64,000 bases of DNA from a virus, in the IMG/VR virus record IMGVR_UViG_3300014208_000028, positions 29,123 through 93,122 of that record. One strand, given 5' to 3'. This document shows, piece after piece, positions 59,101 through 64,000 of this stretch; position 1 is the stretch's first letter; each line of letters begins with the position of its first letter. A model generated the notes under the pieces. The model saw nothing but the letters and a program-made list of their open reading frames with translations, did not search any database and was not told the origin of the DNA. The translations under genes and the position numbers were made by a program.

Positions 59101-59775
59101 ATATTCATTTCTAGCATCTGGTACTAATAATTGCTTATCTTTAGATACTGCTTGATCTGAATATAACACTACTCTTTCATTAGAATCATAGCCCCATTCT
59201 ACAGCCGGATTTAAATAATTACCGTCCGCACTACGAATAGAGTTTGCAGATATGTCTACAGTAGTCCCAGATAAGTCACTTAATTTATCTGTTACATTTT
59301 CAGCAAAATCATTTTCTAAAACTGTTTCAGCATTAGCCGACACCAATGCTTTACTACTTAATATGCCTGAGAATGCCTCTAAGAAGGTCATAGACTGAGG
59401 ATTAGTGTCTAACTGGATGACGAACATCAAACTAAGTAAAGTATAGAAATCTGCACACATTATAGAAAAACTACGCGTACTTCTATCTTTTACATAACTA
59501 TCACTTAAATAATATCCAGAAAAGGCGGAATAATACTGTACCGCAGGTTTTCCAGAAGAATCTATAATTTGTTTTCCTATATATAAATTAACTATAGATC
59601 TAGGTTTTAAATCTAATACTTGTTTTATAGGAGGTATAGAAATACTTATTTGCGCTGAATTATTTACTGTAGCCATAATAGTAATATTACTAATAGGCAC
59701 ATCTATACCTTCAATCTCGCATTTCCAATATATATTTTTACTCTGTACTGTTCCTAATTCACTAGATAATGGCAT
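56131..59775 (-). CDS. baseplate hub/tail lysin with SLT lytic transglycosylase and M15-like peptidase
   Basis: VKAIIWQES, GAVGLMQIMP, AAGYNGG; SRHKIAQAVDI...LRWGG...DPEHVD. Confidence 0.85.
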   Translation of the reverse strand: MPLSSELGTVQSKNIYWKCEIEGIDVPISNITIMATVNNSAQISISIPPIKQVLDLKPRSIVNLYIGKQIIDSSGKPAVQYYSAFSGYYLSDSYVKDRSTRSFSIMCADFYTLLSLMFVIQLDTNPQSMTFLEAFSGILSSKALVSANAETVLENDFAENVTDKLSDLSGTTVDISANSIRSADGNYLNPAVEWGYDSNERVVLYSDQAVSKDKQLLVPDARNEYSKIGDYLYSGKILLGRPMDKVYVEYFGMMNGAMGNNVKYYKGKSPSLMTQYVKLQRDLNNILIKRHGGMYASEFKTCFYNNGVNSIKRVVFGTNNENIEVCPDAYVTDLSISSGWPVIENSSPGSVIIDSNHVGGVAGNTESNPYRFERIAPYLDTSIVIKDMIKYGFLEISNTLNKDKESSVWGLGTYVTVRILNPSGISATGDPIIQEFINTINSHDELSKVSISDVKNIDYGSKSVGASSVSSEFYSSSILNSVAPSKYNFMTFTVYIELKNWQSLKTSLFGKYIEYMTRSGKTSIMWGDQSLSTSSTGPITTASSNNGQQVTTSGTSYAPGSVVPFEDIVNKYAQIYGVDPKFVKAIIWQESKGGKYQVSRAGAVGLMQIMPNTWTGLSKELGLRGNIEDRSDPEQNIMVGTYYISKLFKKFGGDYGLVAAGYNGGDTYIQGLLDSHHVTSYDQVKPYITKNETRKYVPLVLNYMSQDIQLGSGVVGGVNNASIQMYAQSATAGNAILTDIKNSFNRAGNEGMAAVVKDLIIQFSNNNYIDKYQQFELFRTKLLDQIVGETSNISKLFDLEFAQTTLTSQLGIFTGWKVNVDQIFSYIFSKLYYSYVPALFPSIKANDQDVNVLGTGMIVPRIYFEEAPKCNKLSSTEYTRFSFDRHSLTDITRGVGICNNLTEFWDGKNLPSVLKTKFYAPQEFEDPANVDRIMPWEIFTGILPDWIDATDYYSAATQAELKNQAEQNYGTGFLKYANQDALEANLNIENKDINPFGIDFNTRKDLAGLYYPFWMRLMKACLAVRATYGFTYGTHYWFKCGVRYSGEGESRHKIAQAVDIHEVSNGVGVEESGGGDDWSSKTIRQYKNYNTNQMESLTSAQIITALGIAFVDPNINLRWGGYDKEPQGFGYDGYLKKFFVERNPKYSNRLGQVVGRVVGNDPEHVDNGAYGYGQAVTEAEVKGNTVADMLTKLGRNVEDIIKQNEQIVASVSTK

Positions 59776-60987
59776 TTATAATATCCTTCCTATATCCCAT
59801 AAATCACATCCTTTACTTTCAGCGCGGTCAGATAAAGCAATTAATCCTACATTAGCTACTGACTGTATTTTACCTTCACTCATTAATCCGCCCAAAACTT
59901 TAAATCTACTTATAGAGGCTAAATCAAAACCTATATATTTAGATAAAGCATCAGACATTGTTTGAGATAATTTAACTATAACTTTAGGACCATTATTATT
60001 ACCATCACTATTTGTCGGTCCCCAAGCCCCCATATATTCATAATCTAAGTGGCTGCTACTTTTAGGATCAGGCACTATTAAAGGATTGCCTTCACTATCT
60101 TTTTTAGTTTTACTTACTTTAGTTGGTTTTTGGGCCGGTAAAGTATAATCATAACTAGGAACTATATCTATCTTCTTTACTAAAAATTCAAAAGTAAATC
60201 TACTTAATTCTCTCATTTCATTATCATCAGCTATACTTAAATTAAGTATATACCCTTGTATGACAAAATCATCATAAGCTAACACAGCTATTCTACCTTC
60301 CGCCGTAGCTTTAGAAGCTCTTAATACTTCCTGATAGTTACGTAAAAAATCATTACGCCAATTAAAATCGCGGCTATTTAATAAATAACCTTGAATAGCT
60401 ACACTAGTAGGCTTCTCTCCAAAAAAGAATAAGTATGTTTTACCAAAAGTCTGCATTATCTGGAAATTCTCTACTCGCTGCTGAGATGCGTTGGTTATCA
60501 TAAAATTAGTAGTTATTCTAGAATTTTTAGTAGTTCCTAATAAAGAATCATATAAAGTATTATCTGTAGGCATAGGAAGATCTTTATAATCCATATCACT
60601 AACTAAAGATAAACTAGCATAAGTATTTTCTTTAGGAACTACTCCTAATGTAGGTCTACGAACTGCCAACCCTGCCTCTAATTTACCTTCTTTAGAAGCT
60701 TTAGTTAATTTAGGAGGGCTAGAACTAATCATATACGCCGCGAATTTAGAAGTAGGAATAGGTATATTTTCTACTGTAGCTGGAACATTAGTTGGAGTAC
60801 TATCATTGCCTAATCTAAAAAAATGCTTTAAATCGCTCATCGCCGGGGAGCTAGTAATAGGATTAGAGAAATTGGCTAATCCAGAAGATATACTATTAGT
60901 AATGCCTCCACTTATAGTCGGGCTGGTTATATTAGAACTATTAGTAATCTTACTTTTAAAAGCAAGCATTGAAGTAGTAAAGTCCAT
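59776..60987 (-). CDS. tail/baseplate-associated protein
   Basis: QTFGKTYLFFFGEKP...QGYLLN, tube-initiator-like; lies between tape measure and hub. Confidence 0.55.
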   Translation of the reverse strand: MDFTTSMLAFKSKITNSSNITSPTISGGITNSISSGLANFSNPITSSPAMSDLKHFFRLGNDSTPTNVPATVENIPIPTSKFAAYMISSSPPKLTKASKEGKLEAGLAVRRPTLGVVPKENTYASLSLVSDMDYKDLPMPTDNTLYDSLLGTTKNSRITTNFMITNASQQRVENFQIMQTFGKTYLFFFGEKPTSVAIQGYLLNSRDFNWRNDFLRNYQEVLRASKATAEGRIAVLAYDDFVIQGYILNLSIADDNEMRELSRFTFEFLVKKIDIVPSYDYTLPAQKPTKVSKTKKDSEGNPLIVPDPKSSSHLDYEYMGAWGPTNSDGNNNGPKVIVKLSQTMSDALSKYIGFDLASISRFKVLGGLMSEGKIQSVANVGLIALSDRAESKGCDLWDIGRIL

Positions 60988-60988
60988 A

Positions 60989-61183
60989 TTATTTTTCCTT
61001 TATCAACCAATCTTTAATTCCACGATATGTAGGAATTACTATATCTTTACGCTCACTAATTATTTGATGAATATTAGTCTTAGCTCTGAATATTACTAAT
61101 TCTTCCCAAGTTAAGTTATCTACAACATCTACCTCTACTGTAGAACCATTAATAGAAGATTTAGTTCTATGAATTATAGCCAT
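60989..61183 (-). CDS. small tail-module protein
   Basis: TAATG-coupled to tape measure. Confidence 0.6.
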   Translation of the reverse strand: MAIIHRTKSSINGSTVEVDVVDNLTWEELVIFRAKTNIHQIISERKDIVIPTYRGIKDWLIKEK

Positions 61184-63693
61184 TATCGTCCTCCAGCAGC
61201 TTGTCCATCTTGATCTGTCCTAGCCTCTTTAATTACACTTTCAGTAACCCCACTAAAATAAACTGCTGTAGGGGCCGATATATTGACAGTACCACTTTTA
61301 AAGTTAACTGCTTCTCCACTAGCTCCTAAAGACATACCTTCAGTAGTTTGAGAACGCAATAAATCCCAAGCCCCAGCAACATCATTACCTTGTACACCAG
61401 ACATACTTTGCCATAATAAAGAGTTCGCTATTTTAGCATCCTTACCTAATTTACTTCTTTGAACATCAGACATTTTCTTATATTCTTGATATAAACCTTT
61501 AAATGAGTCTAAGTCTCCAGTAGATTCCCAATTTTGTAATAAATTACTGCTAAATCCTCTACCTCTTAAAGCTCCAGAATCGGGGCTTCTATATCTACGA
61601 CTTTCTACTATATTTTTAGCTTCTCTTTTAGCAACATATTCGCTTAATCCAGCTTTTCCACTAGCACTAGTAAGTCTGCCCATTATCTCACTAACTTCTT
61701 CAGTACTTTTACCGGAGGCTAATAAATATCCTTTTAATTTTTCTTGGCTCTTATCCTCACCAGCAGAATAACTAGATAATAAATTAAGTAATTTTTCTTG
61801 ACCGCCTCTTTCTATATCACTACTTATATCTCCACCTAAATTAGCTACTGCCCACTTTTTCATTTCTGCACTTAAACTTTCAGCACTTCCCCCTCTAATG
61901 CCCCTAGCTAATTGGCTGGCTCTACGTCTAGCAGATTCATTTATCTTTACCTTACTTCCATAATTATATGCTACTCCTTCTTCACCAGATAAAGTCTCCC
62001 ACATACGCTCACCCCAAGCTCTAACTTTGGGCAGTCTATCGCTACGTAAGCTTACAGCCTCTGATAATCTATCCATACTTTGTCCATAACCTCTACCAGC
62101 CTCTGCACCTTGTACATAAGAAGCTCTCATTCTACTGAAAAATCCACTATCTTCTTTAACATTCTCATTCCAATATCCACCATATCCAAAAGGATTAAAT
62201 ACGTTTACTATACCTAAAGCCTTTTGCCAACCGCTTCGTTCAGGCCCTTCTATAGAAGTAGATCCAGCATATTGGCTTCTAATATTAGCCCTTATAGCTT
62301 CTTTACTTCCTTGAGTCATAAGATTTCTAACAGTATTAGAATCCATACCAGTCTTCATAGCTATAATTTCTGGTGTTACAGCCATACCAGCATCTTTCAA
62401 TGCTTTAGCCATTTGATTTACTATTTGTACTCCAGCGTAATCTCCCATCTTACCTTGTAACTGTGATTTAGAATTAGCGTCTAATAATCTAGCTATCTGT
62501 GCTGGATCTGCACTCATTCTACTAGATATAGCCGCCAAACTTCCACCACCGCCCATTTGTTGAGCAAGCATCATTGTACCAAATGCAGTATTCTGTAAAG
62601 TATTAGTAGTTTGTTGAACAGCTAATAAAGAAGCCTGTTCTACTCCACCCATCATTCTTATTCTATCTGATGCCGCTCCTCCGCGAGAATACGCATATCC
62701 TAAACTTCCAACTAAAGAAGTTGCTTGTCCTGCTCCCCATTTTCCACCAGCTAATTGAGCGCCAGTACCAGATATTCTCATAACATCTGCTACTCCCATT
62801 CCGCTTAAATTAGCCGCGCCAACCATAGAGGTCATTTGATTCATCTGCCCTTTTAAATCATAATAACCCATATTTTTTAATTCAGTTAATAATTGCATTC
62901 CTTCTTGAGCAGTTACTTTTAATATCTTACTTATACGTTTAGTAGCGTCATAATACTGTTTAGTAGTTTTGCCGAATTCTTCGAAATTTCTAGTATTATC
63001 GAACATTCCACCAGCTATGCCAGCACTAGTAACGTCCATAAATTCCGACATACCGACATTCTCACCCGCAGCGTATCTACTTTTTAAACTAACGCGAGTC
63101 TCTTTAGCAAAATTATTTAATTGACTAAATCCAGCATGAAATCTATTTAAACTAGGATTTCTACGCATCTCCATTTCCATCTGTCGCGCCATTTTATAAT
63201 CTTGAGAAGGACCTTTAAAAGGCATTCCAGCAACTTCAGATATGCCCCATCCAGCAGCCATAACTCCTAACGCAGCAGGATTTACTATTCCTACACCAGG
63301 CATCATCCACGCCGCATTTTCAAATACTCCTGAGCCTAATTCTGGAAGAGAAGCGAAAGCTCCAACTGCCATATCGCCCATACGTTCTCTCATATACCGT
63401 CTACCCGCTCGACTAGATTCTGCTCCAGTATAGCCAGGACCTGCGGGCATCCCCATCATTCCTCGTATAGCCGATCCTGTAGTCTGATAAAAAGGCTGAA
63501 CCATACTAGGAGGCATCATCATACCGTTCATAGCCATTGGCGGGGGAGGAGGAGCATAAGAAGAAATAGCAGGAGGAGGAGGTCCACCAGTCTCTCTACT
63601 TCTCATACCCTGATTATAGGCCGCATTCTGCATAAAGAATGCTTGATCTGCTCCTATAACTCCTTGTATATAATTTGAATCGTAAGGCGGCAT
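61183..63693 (-). CDS. tape measure protein (probable)
   Basis: 836 aa, Gly/Ala/Met-rich helical, upstream of hub genes. Confidence 0.7.
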   Translation of the reverse strand: MPPYDSNYIQGVIGADQAFFMQNAAYNQGMRSRETGGPPPPAISSYAPPPPPMAMNGMMMPPSMVQPFYQTTGSAIRGMMGMPAGPGYTGAESSRAGRRYMRERMGDMAVGAFASLPELGSGVFENAAWMMPGVGIVNPAALGVMAAGWGISEVAGMPFKGPSQDYKMARQMEMEMRRNPSLNRFHAGFSQLNNFAKETRVSLKSRYAAGENVGMSEFMDVTSAGIAGGMFDNTRNFEEFGKTTKQYYDATKRISKILKVTAQEGMQLLTELKNMGYYDLKGQMNQMTSMVGAANLSGMGVADVMRISGTGAQLAGGKWGAGQATSLVGSLGYAYSRGGAASDRIRMMGGVEQASLLAVQQTTNTLQNTAFGTMMLAQQMGGGGSLAAISSRMSADPAQIARLLDANSKSQLQGKMGDYAGVQIVNQMAKALKDAGMAVTPEIIAMKTGMDSNTVRNLMTQGSKEAIRANIRSQYAGSTSIEGPERSGWQKALGIVNVFNPFGYGGYWNENVKEDSGFFSRMRASYVQGAEAGRGYGQSMDRLSEAVSLRSDRLPKVRAWGERMWETLSGEEGVAYNYGSKVKINESARRRASQLARGIRGGSAESLSAEMKKWAVANLGGDISSDIERGGQEKLLNLLSSYSAGEDKSQEKLKGYLLASGKSTEEVSEIMGRLTSASGKAGLSEYVAKREAKNIVESRRYRSPDSGALRGRGFSSNLLQNWESTGDLDSFKGLYQEYKKMSDVQRSKLGKDAKIANSLLWQSMSGVQGNDVAGAWDLLRSQTTEGMSLGASGEAVNFKSGTVNISAPTAVYFSGVTESVIKEARTDQDGQAAGGR

Positions 63694-63703
63694 TTAAACT
63701 CCG

Positions 63704-63979
63704 TTAAATAATTAATTTAGTATAGTCTTTCATATTACTATTTAAATTACTTATATTCTCCATAATCTTATCTTGATAGACTCTTATTATAGTTTCATCA
63801 TTAGTATTTATATAAATCGGTCTGGGAATAATATCCTCAAACATATGATTATCATAATCTACAGTAACAACTATATCAGCATTAGTAAATATTGGCCGCT
63901 CCGAAAATTTAGTTCTTAATAAAGTAAATATCTTATCTAAAGATATATTCTTAAAATAAGTAGTATATTCAGGTATCAA
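63704..63979 (-). CDS. hypothetical protein
   Basis: TTG start after GAGGA. Confidence 0.55.
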   Translation of the reverse strand: MIPEYTTYFKNISLDKIFTLLRTKFSERPIFTNADIVVTVDYDNHMFEDIIPRPIYINTNDETIIRVYQDKIMENISNLNSNMKDYTKLII

Positions 63980-64000
63980 TTCCTCTGTAGTTTCGTTAGC

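Noticed and set aside
1-64000. CRISPR array, DGR/retron, integrase or IS element
   Set aside because: No regularly spaced repeats, reverse transcriptase, recombinase or transposase motifs seen by manual reading

Overview
64 kb of an AT-rich (by eye about 30% GC), densely coding genome with nearly all genes on the minus strand. It is best read as part of a large lytic myovirus (contractile tail) using the standard genetic code; no capsid, terminase, integrase or host core genes are present. Left to right: a truncated CCA-adding enzyme; small cassette-like genes; Hsp20; a 10-gene glycan synthesis/tailoring operon (five glycosyltransferases, radical SAM, two methyltransferase-like proteins, PIG-L deacetylase, GNAT) ending in rmlB; thyX; four tRNAs (Gly, Ser-ACU, Thr, Val) among nucleotidyltransferase, phosphoesterase and HD genes; a GIY-YIG endonuclease; a second GT locus; lysis genes; Asp-box and beta-helix tail proteins; baseplate; a phage sigma factor; nucleotide metabolism genes; a 1.8-kb high-GC insert; an SNF2 helicase; a split baseplate hub with SLT and M15 domains; and a tape measure. 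The most novel signals are non-coding: a promoter-driven ~180-nt RNA with two predicted long-range pseudoknots (52.5-52.7 kb), two further promoter-driven sRNAs beside a degenerate KH protein (one exposes an anti-SD), repeated promoter/terminator gene cassettes, atypical tRNAs and clustered all-G/C motifs. All calls come from manual motif reading; no database searches or folding programs were run.
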